NCBI GenBank assembly: GCA_016748015.1
Contig: JAAOMT010000034.1
Coordinates: forward strand, 248,001 to 312,000
Length of the DNA: 64,000 nt
Origin: Geosiphon pyriformis uo1
Lineage: Eukaryota > Fungi > Glomeromycota
Direction: 5' to 3'
In this document: positions 35,201 to 47,417 of the stretch, piece after piece
How the letters are laid out: every line of letters begins with the position of its first letter
Position numbering within the stretch: the first letter of the stretch is position 1
Notes under the pieces: generated by a model
What the model was told of the DNA's origin: nothing
Seen by the model: the letters and a program-made list of their open reading frames with translations, nothing else
Database searches by the model: none
Program-made: the position numbers and the translations under genes

Positions 35201-37778
35201 TAAGGCCAGCAGATTAGCTTGCCATTGACAATGATTCCTTTTTTATCTGTCTTGATATTATTCAGTGGTTTGCCATTGCTGGTGAAGATGGTATAAGCAA
35301 GTTCAGCAGTTTCTTCTTGTTCTTCTTGTTCTTCTTCTTCCTCACTTTCTTCATTATTTGATTCATCTAATTCATTTTCTTCTGGGCTCTGCTTGGGTAC
35401 TGGGGGAGTTATTCAATAGCAATACTTAACCACAATGGGTTTTTCACCACATCTGATGGTTAGTTCACAGAGTTCATAATCAAGCAAAACTTTTGCTTTC
35501 TTGAGTCATTCATTGCCAACAATGATGGTGTATTCTTTCGTTTTAGATACTTCCATATCAGTTTCAATGCTAATGCCATTGATGCAGACAGGAATAGCTT
35601 TGGCTATGCCAAGCCCTTTTTTCTTATCACCATGCACATTGGTCATTGGTCGTGTGGATGGTTCATCAATTTTTCTGCCAATTGCTTCAAGAAAGTGTTT
35701 GGCAATAACACTAACAAATGATCCACTGTCTAAAATTAAATCAATGAAGTAGCCAGCCACTTGGGCTTTACAAATTAGAGGAGTAACATTGCTATTGTCA
35801 GCAAGTCCAGCTTGGCAAGGACATTTGTTGGTTTTGGGTGTCTTTTTCTTTGGAATCAGAGATTTGCGAAGATCTTTTCTGAATTGTGGATGGGTCATCA
35901 ATTGGCCAAAGATTATATGTGCTGGGGTTTCCATGAGGTCTTTGACAACAGAATAGGGGCCGGATTTTTGAACTATTTCTGGAGGTTCTAATTTTGGAGG
36001 GTTTTTAAAAACTTTGGCTTTTGGGGGCTCATTGTTGTCAGCAGTTGATGTAGAAGCTTTATTGGGGTCCAAAACGAAATCAACTTTGGCTTTCTTCTTC
36101 TTTCTTGTGGATTCAGAGGGGTTGATTGCTAATTCATCCATGTTATGGTCATCATCAGTTAAGTTAAAAGCGTAAAAAGGGTTTTCTTCTGGTTGGCTTG
36201 CACTCTCACCCTTTGGAGGTGCGCCTACCAGTTTAAAGGCTGATAAACAGTGGCTTCAACTAGAGGATCCTCTCCAAAGAAATTGATGTTGGCATGATTA
36301 GGTCTTTGGTTGGGCACATTGTTGTTGTTGAGTCTGTTATTCTGAGCATCATTGTTTCTGGAAACTGGTGAAGGCAGTAGAGGATTGTTGCAATCTCTTG
36401 AAAAGTGTCCAGTTAATCCACAGCAATAGTATACAAGTGGGCCACGATTTTGTTGTCTTTGATAAGGTGGTTGCTGGGGCTAATTAAAGCATGGTTCAAA
36501 TATGAGTCTTTGTGGTTGTTGATTTTCTCTGACTGCTTGGGCTAAGGGTTCTAATAACTAGGCAAAATTTGCTGTGAGTCTGTTTATTAACTGTTCATTT
36601 GGATCTTGAGTATGAGTGGCAAAAGAAGTAGCAGCCATTTGAGGAGCAGGAGCCATGACAGGAGCAGGAGCAAAAACTGATAGTATAGATCCCAAGTGCA
36701 TCCTTTGGTTATCTTCAATTCTTTGTGCTAATTCAATGGCCATATCTATAGTGGGATTATTTTTTAGGGCCAAAAGGGGCCAAAGAGCATACAATAGATC
36801 AGTTCTCAATCTTTTTGTGAAGGAGTGAATTTTCTGCTCTTCTGTCCAATTTCTCCCAGAGTCTACACATTTGATTAGCTTTCTAATAGCCTTGGCATAT
36901 TCAGTCACTACTTCTCCAGGACCTTGGGTTCTTCTTTTCAATTCCATGCACCATTTTGATATTAATATTGGGGTTCTAAACTTGGCCTCAAATCGGGTAG
37001 TGAAAGAAGTATTTTCTTCTCCAGCATTAATTGGTGTCTATCTGATTATTTTGTGTTAAGCATTGGCATCTGTTTCTTGTGAGAACCAGGTAGCAGGAGA
37101 GCCTTGGAGGTAACCACCAACAATTTGAAACTTGTATTTTTCATCATACTGGTTGGCTGTGACAGCTTTCTCAAAATCATCCAACCATTCAATTGGATCT
37201 TGTGTATCACCTTTAAATAGTGGTAGTGGGGTATTGTTTCTTCTTCCTAGAGCAGTTTGTATACCTTGGAGGGTGGCCAAAATGTTTGCTTGCATGGGGT
37301 CATTAGCCATTGGTTCAGGGGTAACTGTTTGTGTAGATGAGTCTGATTTATTTGATAAAAGATCAAAAACAGAGGCAGTTTGGTAGCTTTCTTCTTCTGT
37401 TTCAAAGGGAGTTTCAATTGCTTGATGGACAGCAATCCAAATGTGAATTTGATGATTCAGATATTCAAAATCAGGGGGCTGTTGTTCAAAGGTTGCAGAA
37501 TATAAGAGCTGATTGATACTGTTGTTTCTTTCTTCAAAGTCGTTTTCAAAATAAGCTTGGTCAAAGTAATAGGTTGTATAGGCTGTATAGATTTCAGCTG
37601 AATGCTCATTTAGGAACCAGTTCCAGAAGTCTTGGAATTGTCTACTGGATTGTTCTTCAAGGGAGAAGCAGATCAAGCAGAAGGGCAAAGAATTAAGTTC
37701 AATGAAATCTAGATTGTTTCTGTTGTGTGCTGCAAAGTGTTCTTCTGATTGCTCTGGCAGATATAAGTAATCACCCAT
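32197..37778 (-). pseudogene. Element C gag-pol polyprotein
   Basis: ORF fragments 37056, 36558 (capsid), 35506 (PR), 34150 (RT), 33685 (RH), 33063 (IN zinc), 32197 (IN core). Confidence 0.92.
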
Positions 37779-37807
37779 ACAATGAGGGAATAAGTGAATT
37801 TTGACAA

Positions 37808-37824
37808 CCTCACAAGAAGCACCA
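37808..37824 (-). other. Primer-binding site of C (same tRNA as B)
   Basis: Minus strand TGGTGCTTCTTGTGAGG; one transition from the B PBS; 6 nt from the LTR. Confidence 0.75.
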
Positions 37825-37830
37825 CTTTTA

Positions 37831-38485
37831 TGTTATGGGTTGGAGTAACAAGCTAATGGATAGCAAGGAAGAACAGTATTGTATGGTGATGGAAATAAAC
37901 AAAGAGGAAATTACAATAAGGGAGCAAATTAAATAAGTAAGAATTCAATGTGCATGATCAGTCTCATAAAAATCACAGTCGCTAATCTTTTCTTAAATCT
38001 GAAGGTAGAGGAATAGTCCGTGATTGTCAACAAAATAACACCACTGCTATTATTCTATGCCTCAACTTGGTGATTTTTAGAATTAATAACAGGTATTGTT
38101 GTACTTTTCAATCGTTTCTTTATTCAATGAATTACAAAAGCAAGCCAATTGCTTTTTAGGCTAATTCTAACAAATACAAATTAAGAAGGGGAAAAGATAA
38201 GATATGTGAATGCCAACAAGTAGATACTTGAAGGTAAGGAAAGAAGAATAAGCGATTATGAGAGGAAGTAATTGATATTGTTTATTTCGTTACTTTTGAT
38301 CATGTCTTTCTATAGCTAAGGGAATCATCACTTATATAGCTATCTAAAGTGGTCAACGACCAGGTCAACAATCAGGTCAATGATTAAGTCAATGATCACT
38401 ATCTAAAAATAGGGTGGCTAATTATATGACATCAGTGGCTAATACATGTGATAACTAATAAAAACTATGGGTTTCAACTGTAATA
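37831..38485 (-). repeat. 5' LTR of C (4 copies of the 12-bp unit at 38351-38398)
   Basis: 84 bp shorter than the 3' LTR, equal to 7 repeat units. Confidence 0.93.
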
Positions 38486-38539
38486 ATATATTATTATTAA
38501 TTGAAATTTAAGATATTAGTTAACATGAAATTATTTCTA

Positions 38540-39310
38540 TAATTCTTATTATTAATTAGTATATATTATTAGTTCAAATTATTATTTATTATTTTATTAA
38601 AATATCTAAATTTTTAGTTTATTAATAATTTAATTTATATAAAACACAAATATAAGCAAATTATAATAATTAAATCATATAATACACTAAACTATATAAT
38701 ATTTAAATTTTACTAAAATATTTAATAATTTGACAAAATAATTAACAGTTTACTAAAGTAATTCATAGTTTATAAAAATAACTTGTAGTTTGACAAAATT
38801 ATTTTTTATTTGCCAAAATATTAGAAAAAAAAGTATTAGATTATAGAATAATACTATAATAAATTATATAAAAAAAGAGTTTTTTTTTTAAAAAAATGTA
38901 TTTTTTACAAAATATTTTTTTTAGAATTAATCTTATTTTAGAATTAATACAATTTCTACAAATCTTTAATAAAAATTATCTTAAAATCCAAAATTTTTAA
39001 GTATTAAAACACTTAATATTAACTTATTTAAAACTAATATTTGAAATTAATTAACTATTAATTTTAATAATTATTAGTAATTTTTAGATTTGAATTTGAA
39101 ACAACTTTTTTAATACATTTTATATTTTTTTTTAAAGTTTTTTTTTCATATTATTAAATAATTTATAATTGAAATTTTTGTAAAAAATTTGATTTTTACA
39201 GCAAAATAACTACATATTATTTAAAAAACTTACAAACAAGATTTTTTTGTAAAAAAATTGATTTTTATTATAAAGTAACTATACTAATAATTGGCCATTT
39301 TATTATAAGA
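38540..39310 (+). repeat. AT-rich dispersed repeat, copy 1 (unclassified, eroded)
   Basis: Shares blocks such as taataatttaatttatataaaacacaaatataa and ttttgtaaaaaa(a)tt..tttta..gcaaaataacta with 60476-61087. Confidence 0.7.
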
Positions 39311-39429
39311 CCAATAGTATATAATTTAAAGTATAAAAAAAAATTAACTTATTAAGGATTTACTAACTTTTATTAACAACAAAATTAACAATAAAACAGT
39401 ATTAATAATAACAAAAAAATAATAAAAAT

Positions 39430-41450
39430 TTTTTTAATAATAATACTAAATTTTAAAGTCTATTACTAATTAATATAAAGTTTATATTTTTTTATGTTTT
39501 TAGAATTAAATTATATAAGCAATTTGTGTAATATAAAATCATAAAAAAATTTAACAAATCTAATCTTAAAAAATTTTTAAAGCTAATATTATAATTAAAA
39601 TTGGTTTTATTAAAATTTTTACTTAATATTACAAAAATATTTGTGTTTAATGTATTAATAATAAATTTAATATTATAAATTTGTTTTAATCTTTTTTTTA
39701 AAGTAATATTAGTATACAAACCCAAAATTATAACAAATTTTTTATTTTTGAATAGTAATTTAATAAGTAAAAGTCTATTAGAAATTTCAGAAATCTTAAA
39801 AACATATTTAATTAAACAATTGTTTATAATTACTACAATTTTAATATTCAAAAAATCTATATTTAAACCAAAAATAAACACTTTTACACTATTAAATTTA
39901 TTAGCAATTTAAAATTTAATACTAAAACAAAACTTAATTTTTATAACAATTAAAATATTATTATTTAAACTTTTATATTATTTAATAATATTATTTTGTT
40001 TAACAAAAATAGTTATTTTTTTAATATTATATATAGCTATTTTTTTAATTAAGCTATTTATTAAAAATAAAAAAAAGATATTATATTATTATTTAAACAA
40101 AATAAATCCAGATTTTTCAAAATTATTTTAATTAATCTATTTAAAACCAATATATTGACTTCAAAATTATTAATTTTAAATATTAAAACTTAGAATTATT
40201 TATAAACAACTTTTAAAAATCATTTATTATAATAGATATAACTTGATAAATTGGTAATATTTTGTTTATACTTATATTTAAATTTAAACTAATTACAGAT
40301 AAAAATAAATTAATATTATTATTATATAAATATGTTTTTTTTGTATTTATATTTATATAAATAACTAATAGTTTTAAACTATTGCTTTATAAATATGTTT
40401 TTTGGTATTTAAAAAAATAAAAAAAGTTTAACTTATATAAAATTTTAAAAATCTGGTTAATAAAAAGTTTTAATAAATATTCTAATATATTTAAATAAAA
40501 ATATAAATCAAAATTATAAGATTATAATTTAAAATGTTTAATAAGTTTTTTACTATTAAAAAATCTTGAAATAATTTTTGAAAAAAAATAGAATTTATAT
40601 TAATAATTACTAAAGTTCAAGTTTTACTACTAAAAAAAACTAAATAAAAAATAGAAACTTGTTTTTTTGTATATATATATATATATATAAAATACTATCT
40701 GTTTAAATTAAAAAAAGTTTTTTTTTACAATTAAACAATTTTTTATTAAGTATACAACTATTTAAAACATAATCAAATTGTTTATAATTAGTACACAAAG
40801 ACAATATTAGATTAATCTAATACAAATTTATGTTTTTGTAAACTGAAATTAAAAAAATAACAATATTTTTCAAAACAGTTAAATTAAAACATATTATAAT
40901 ATAGTAAGTTTATATATACATAATTGTATTATATACTATAATAAAAGTTTTTTTATCATATAATATTAATAAATCTAAGAGATTATAAACTATAATATTA
41001 ATTAAAAATATGTAAAAAAAGTGTAATATTAATCTCTTAAATTTTATATTTGTTTGTTAATATTAATTTTAACTATATATATAGAGTTTTTTTTTACAAG
41101 CACTAATTATTTAAAATAACTAAATTTATATTGTTAGTATTTTCAAATTTAACTAAAATTTTTGTTATAGATTAATTAATTATATCTTAATTGTTTTTAT
41201 TTTATTAAACTTAGTTAGTGCTAATTTTAATATTAATTTAGAAAAATTAATTGGAATTTTTTTCTTAATTTAATTTAATATTAATCTATTTTAAATTAGT
41301 ATTTACCAAAAATTTTTTATTAATAGTTAATTTTTTAATCTAAATAAAACTAAATTCAGAAGTAAATAACAATTAAATAATTTTATAAAATTTATAAAAC
41401 TTAAAACTCTTCTAAAACTATCTACTTAATAAAATAATTTTTTAGTAATT
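39430..41450 (-). pseudogene. Fossil LINE ORF1 plus APE endonuclease, extremely AT-eroded
   Basis: KIAIYNIKK..VKQ..*YK..KIKF..*IANKFNSVKVF..KISEISNRLLLIKLLFKNK..ILGLY..SKNFNK aligns with LINE1 KIATCNVQG..AKQ..WHK..ETKL..WIANRFDGVWVF..KISEVFGWLLSVRLLFKNK..ILGLY..GNFNE. 40760-40870 aligns with the ORF1 knuckle at 21075-21180. Confidence 0.82.
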
Positions 41451-43025
41451 TTTAATTTGTTATTTAGATTTTTTTCAGAAATAGTTAATATATTTATATT
41501 AAAAATAAATAATTTGATAAAATTAAAATTTTTTTTTTAATTGGCAAAGAAATTTTAAGATTTATTATATTAAAAAATTGATAAAAAAAACTTAACATTA
41601 TTATTTATATAATTAATAATAAAAAAATATAATAAATTATTAAATTAAAAATAATAGTTTGAATATAATACAGTATTATGTTATTTATGTTTTTATTACT
41701 TTTCAAATCATTCAAATTAGCATAATAAATCTCTTAAATAATCAAATAATTTAAGTTATTAATTTTTAAACTACTATTTGTACTGTTTATTTTACTGTTT
41801 ATTTTACTTTTTTAAGATCTATACAAAACATATTTATTATTTTCCAAAATACTAAAATTCAAAAAATTAACAAAAGCATTGATTATAATATTAAATATAT
41901 TAAGCTTTTTTGTTTTTTATTAGTATTTTTATATATAAACATTAAAAAAACTATATTTTTTTAATATTAAGACAGAATTTTATGCCAGTTTTTTTTGTTA
42001 AATGTTTTAGTTAAAAAAACTGTTAATTTTATAATTTTAAAAGAATTAATATTAGCAGAAATAATTACAAAAATATAGAAAAAAAGAAAAACAAGATAAA
42101 AAAATCTGCAATAAATCTTTTATTCTTGTTATAATAAAGAAATTAAAGTTTTTTTTATCTTATTTTAAGATTGTTGTTTTTTTAATATCTTAAAATTTTA
42201 ATTTTATATAATATTTATTTAATATTATATAATTTTATTGTTTTTAATATTAATAAAAATTTTAAGTTGGTTTTTTTAAAACTTAACTACAAAAATTGTC
42301 TAAATTTATAAGATTTATAATTAAGTCTATTTTGTTTTAATTGTATTTTTATTGGTTAACAAAAAAAACTAATATAAAACAAATTTATTATTAAAACACA
42401 AATTACAAATAAAATAATTATTAACATGTTTAAAAAATTTTTTAAATTTAAAAATAAGTTTAATATTATTTATATATAATAATAATAATAATAATAAAAT
42501 AATTAACAAATTAAATTTTATGTTTTTTTAATCTTAATTAGCTTAAATAATTAATTATGTATTATTTGTAATGTTATTTATGTTTAATATATAACAATTG
42601 AATTATATATAATAAATATTAATAATTATATTTATAATGTTATTTGTATATTGTATTTATTTTTATTTTTAATAATTTTAAAACTTTTTATTGTTATTTA
42701 TTATTAAACATGTAAATATAAACAAAATCATGTGTTTTAATTAATGATTATTGATTTTGTTAAATTTATTTACAAAAACAATTTGAATAACACAATTTTT
42801 CTTTTTGTCATCTTTAAACAAAACTTTTGAAACTGCAAAAAAAACCAATTTATAAGATTATGGTGAACATTATATTTGGAAAGAAGATGAATACAAAACA
42901 ACTTGTTAAAAATGAAACCTATAAGTTTATTTGTACATATAGCATAGAAACAAAAAAATTGAAGTTTTAACGTAAATTCAGATATGTTTTAGTGCTCGTA
43001 ACTCAAAATTTAAAAAGACATAAAT

Positions 43026-46000
43026 TTATTCAGCCAGATTTGTCTGAATTTCAAAATCACTGTCATCATCGCTGTCAATGTCTCTTGGAAGAACACGAAC
43101 TCCGAGTCTCCCCATGATATTACCGGCAGGCCCGGCTAATCCCTCTTGAGCTTTAAAACTGGCCAGTAAATTTGTAACTGCATTCAGATCAAGGTCTACT
43201 GGTGAGTAATCATCATCTACGTTATCTTCATCCTCTGGCGCATTTATCGTTTTCTTTTGTCTCGTAACATCCTTTGGGGCACGTACAAAAGACTTCCCAA
43301 CTTTAGTAGATGCTAACTCGTGATCCATAACCTGCATATAGGATTCCAGGTCGGTATCTGTATCAAGGGCCGGTTCCTTTTGCTCCAGTACGGAGGATGA
43401 TGTAGCGGGAATAGGCGAAGGAGTTTCAGACTGATTATTGATTGCTTCTATTAGAATAGAAGTGGTTTCGAACGTCAAATAAACATAATTGCAACAATAA
43501 TGACCGTTAGCAAGTGACATTAAATCTGATATTTCAAATATGGATTTCAGATAACTAAAAGTCCCATAGAAATAATGTTATAAAATGATATATATACCCG
43601 TATGAGTTAGTGCGGTTTCTTTCAGTTTCACATTCGCTAAAGCTCGATATTCCTCGTCAGAAATATCTAAGCAGCAGTAATGAGTATTAAATGGTACTGG
43701 CAATATAAGATCGACTAGAATATCTACCAAGGGTACGCCTCATTATTTTTAAAAATTCAGAAGGATCAAACTGTATTTCTCGATCTTGAGGTTCTTTATA
43801 ATCCTCATCAATTTCAGTATCATCAGATTCTCCTTCATTTGATGAATGTTCGCTAAAAAATTTAATTTTGTAAGAATCTCGAACACAAATATGAGAAAAA
43901 GCTTGAAAAAAAACCCACATACTCGAGAAACTCGGCCCCCTCAATACCAGCTTCATCAAAGTCTATAAAATTTTCAAAATCTTCAACCATTTTGTTTAAA
44001 TCAGGGCCATTTTCATTGGCTTCATAGTCTGACTGTTGCTAAATGAGCGGGTAAATTTCTTATTAGATTTTTTAGTATATAACAAATATTAATTTGATAA
44101 CAAAAATTTCCATGCCTTTTCATGTGGTCCTAATTCAGTTGCCTTGAGAATATTTTCTAGGTCCATAGGTTTTATATTCATCCAAGAATCATCATCTTCA
44201 AATAAATTTTTCGCGGCTAGTTCATCCGCAGATAAAAGGGGTTGCTCTAATAACTGATGTATTTGTTTCAGAGGGAAAATTTCACTCGAAAACTCTTCAT
44301 TACTAATAGAAGGTTTAAATCAGCGTTAAAAAATATAGATAACGACATTTCATCAGATTGACTCCTTCAAGTAACCTCAGGTTCACGGGATTCCGATTTT
44401 TCAGGTATTGCTCTTTAGCAATCGTATCCAATTGTTTGTACAATTTAGATCCCACAATTTCGTTGCGGTAGTAATTACGTTTCACCAAATTATGGTGAAA
44501 GGCAAGCCAATTGGGATCATTGATGAATGGATAGTCCTAAAAGATGAAAAAGCTATTATTACTACTGATATGTCTAGATTCATAGCGCGAATGTTTGCAT
44601 GCCTCCACTTTATCTTCTTGTATATTTGAAGATAGATTGGCATAATATGGGTCACTAAAAAGGATTTCAAATCCACACGCCTAAATGTTTAAATCGTTTT
44701 TGATATTTAAATGAATTATATGGAATCACGAGAAAAGAAAATCAAGCTAAATAGTTCACCAATTTCATTCCAAGATCGGCTGCCTTGAATTTTCCTGAGG
44801 TATTTGGTGGGAGCTTGAAAGCTTTAGGGGGATGAAATTTTTGACTCTTAATTTGTGCATAAAGAGTCTTTGTCATTTTGACAAGAACGGTTATCGATGT
44901 TGATGGTGGAAAATTTTCCATTTTGTAACAAGCCTGCCAAATGATCAAAAGAAACTTAAAGATTTAAAACAAATTCTGAAAAGATATTGGGTACATACTT
45001 TCATGGCAATTGGATCACGTGTATAAAATGCTTCGATAGCCCAAGATATTAGTTGAGGGTTATGATACAATAAATGAGCGATTTTGTGAGGAACATGGCA
45101 AAGAGTATGGTGAATATTGTCAATTGCCTTTTGAGGATATCTTTTTAAGAAAATAGAAATAACTCTAGTTTTGAGATTGATTGGTGGGAATTTCGTTCAC
45201 AGAAATTTACCATCAAAGTGAACATACTCTGAAGAACGAGCAAATGCAGCTTTTTGAACTGATTCTTCTGCCTTTGTTTCGGCGGGATATTTGCGAACCA
45301 GGTCAATCGCTTGTTCCAATCTAATATTCTTGGAAAGTTTTTTTGACGATTCTGTATCTGGTATGAGAGCGAGAGGGATAATATGAAGATCACCCTGAAA
45401 AATCAAAATCTGAGTAGATATGTTTTTTGGATTCATAGTGGTGAAGATTTCAAAGTTGGGGATTAATATATAGTATTATGCTAAAAAAATATCCCAAGCT
45501 TTTTTACCCTATTTTCGCTGTTGTTTGGGTTCAACCAAGCCGGTAACTGCATAGCAGATTGAATAAGTAAAAATTCCCCATCCTGATCCGAAACTCTAAT
45601 CAGACCCTTTGAATGGTTAATAAGTAAAGATATTGAAATAGATTCTGGTTCAATATTTATGTGAAAAAAAAATCCTCACCGAATTACAATATCATCAAAT
45701 TTTTTTGAAATGACCCTCAGCAAAAATACAATAAACCATTCATCATCAACGCAGTCCCCAAAACGGGTCTTGCCATACAAGAAAGGAGACGAAGGATCTG
45801 AGATATGTTCGGAGCATTAATCACTATTGCCAATATAGATAAAACGAAATCCGACCCCAAAGAGTTATAAACCTGTTTCACTATGGGCTATGGAAAGTTG
45901 AAAAGGATCTTTTTGCCATATATAATCCCCCAAGTATCCTTGGAGTTCGGCGAATAACAGTGCACTAGTCTCTCGAAGAAAAGCTTCTCGTTCTTCGGGG

Positions 46001-46080
46001 TCTATCGAAGCCAAATAAAAATTAAGAGAATAATGAACACAATCTTCTGATACAGGAGGTCTAACAAAAGGGTTTTCCAT
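43026..46080 (-). CDS. ECD: Ecdysoneless/hSGT1 family protein (multi-exon)
   Basis: Motifs WQKDPFQL, YGKTRFGDCVDDEWFIVFLL, DGEFLLI..A..LP.WL.P....NR, LYAQ..QKF.PP, DLGMKL, DDDSWM, and C-terminal DLNAVTNLLASFKAQEGLAGPAGNIM. ATG at 46080, TAA at 43026; GT-AG introns. Confidence 0.9.
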
Positions 46081-46323
46081 TGGAAAATATGAAATCAATA
46101 TAGCAAGTAGAGCGAAGCACTTTGGAAAATTTGAAAAATTAGCACTTTTGGGTTCTTGAGTTAAAAGTGAGAGGGATTTACTACACACTCGCTGAATTGA
46201 CGGACAAATTTATTGTATTCTCCAAAGCCGCTAAAAAATTTCTTTATAAATTTTTAGAGAACCTTTTTCTCGTACATTTTTTCATCTATCATCATACATG
46301 ATATTTTGCTTTGCTATAGACTC

Positions 46324-47136
46324 TCAATTTTTCAATGCTACACTGTCCAAACTTTCAGGGAATAGTTTCCTGTCTAACACGCCAGATTTTTTCATACATT
46401 CCCATTGATTTGGATTAAACATTCCTATATACCTCGATAACTTTCCCAATACCAAACCGCTAGTTTCAAAAAACCACTCATGTTCTTTCATAAAGATCGC
46501 GATCCTTCGTTCTGCTTCTTGAACTTTTTCTGGGGATTCAACAACTAGCTCAATTTCTCCAACGTGATGTCCGAAGTCGGCAGTATCTAGATCCAAAGTG
46601 AATTCGTTATTAATTATATAATGTTTTCGAAAAGTTTGAATCTCACAGAAAGGCGTCAAATTGTATTTTTCAAGAAGAAATTCTTTGAATTGATCTTCTC
46701 TTGGAAGGGATATTGATGAATTTCCTGGATTCAGAATATTTTCCAGATATTCAGTAACGGAATCAATGGTTTCTAACTCATGATATGAATCCATTGATGG
46801 AGTTAAATTTGTAGGGGTTTTGCACTCCCATTTTTCATCACGTTGTCGCAACCAAATGTCACGAGTGGTTAAAGGATAGTCTTTCGAGTGGTTGTCATAA
46901 TAGATATCAATGAATGAGTTGGCCTAAAGATATTGTATGGAACCGAATTTTTTAGGACCAAGATTTTGCTCAAAAATGGGAAGGTTTGAGAAATTAAATG
47001 TAAATTTTTTTTCAACTTCGTAATGAGGTTTTAAGGATGTTTTAGGTTTCAACGAATTCGAATAAGATCTGAGAACATAATATTGATTTTTTGCCAATAG
47101 TGGAAAATTTTGATTAATTACAAACTTTTTCGTCAT
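46324..47136 (-). pseudogene. THTPA: CYTH-domain thiamine triphosphatase-like gene with one in-frame TAG (46924-46926)
   Basis: EVEKKF, FIDIYYD, DIWLRQR...WECK, LDLDTADFGHHVGEIE. ORFs 46924-47157 and 46324-46851 are the same frame joined across a single TAG; first in-frame ATG at 47136. Confidence 0.8.
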
Positions 47137-47417
47137 TTTAACAAAATGTTGAAACACATTTGATCATTTAAATCGGGATGGGGAAATTTTTTTTACCAGA
47201 ATTATAAAAATCGCCATAATTGTTATAATCAAAAGAGGAAGTCATATGTTTTTCTCCCTAAACTCATTTTTGTAGATAATCAACAAATACCAGAATTTAA
47301 GCCTCAGGAGCAATAAAATATCGATAATGTTAATAAATATTTAATAAATATTTCATGGATTTGTTGCACACTTTCCTAAACGATAAAAGCTTTTAGATCT
47401 TTATATATTTTAATTTT

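Larger units (their letters stand above)
30756..38485 (-). mobile_element. Ty3/gypsy LTR retrotransposon C, full length (~7.7 kb), degenerate, distinct family without dUTPase
   Basis: LTRs 30756-31494 and 37831-38485; 4-bp TSD ATAT (30752-30755 / 38486-38489); PBS 37808-37824; PPT ~31495-31505; gag, CCHC, PR LDSGS, RT YLDD, RH, IN HHCC/core/GPF-type tail. Confidence 0.95.

Noticed and set aside
40669-40689. (TA)n microsatellite
   Set aside because: An ordinary simple repeat within eroded DNA, with no further structure.
1-42900. Alternative genetic code or stop reassignment to explain frequent in-frame stops
   Set aside because: The stops arise at Q/R/W codons by transitions, differ between homologous copies and co-occur with frameshifts; host genes use standard stops.
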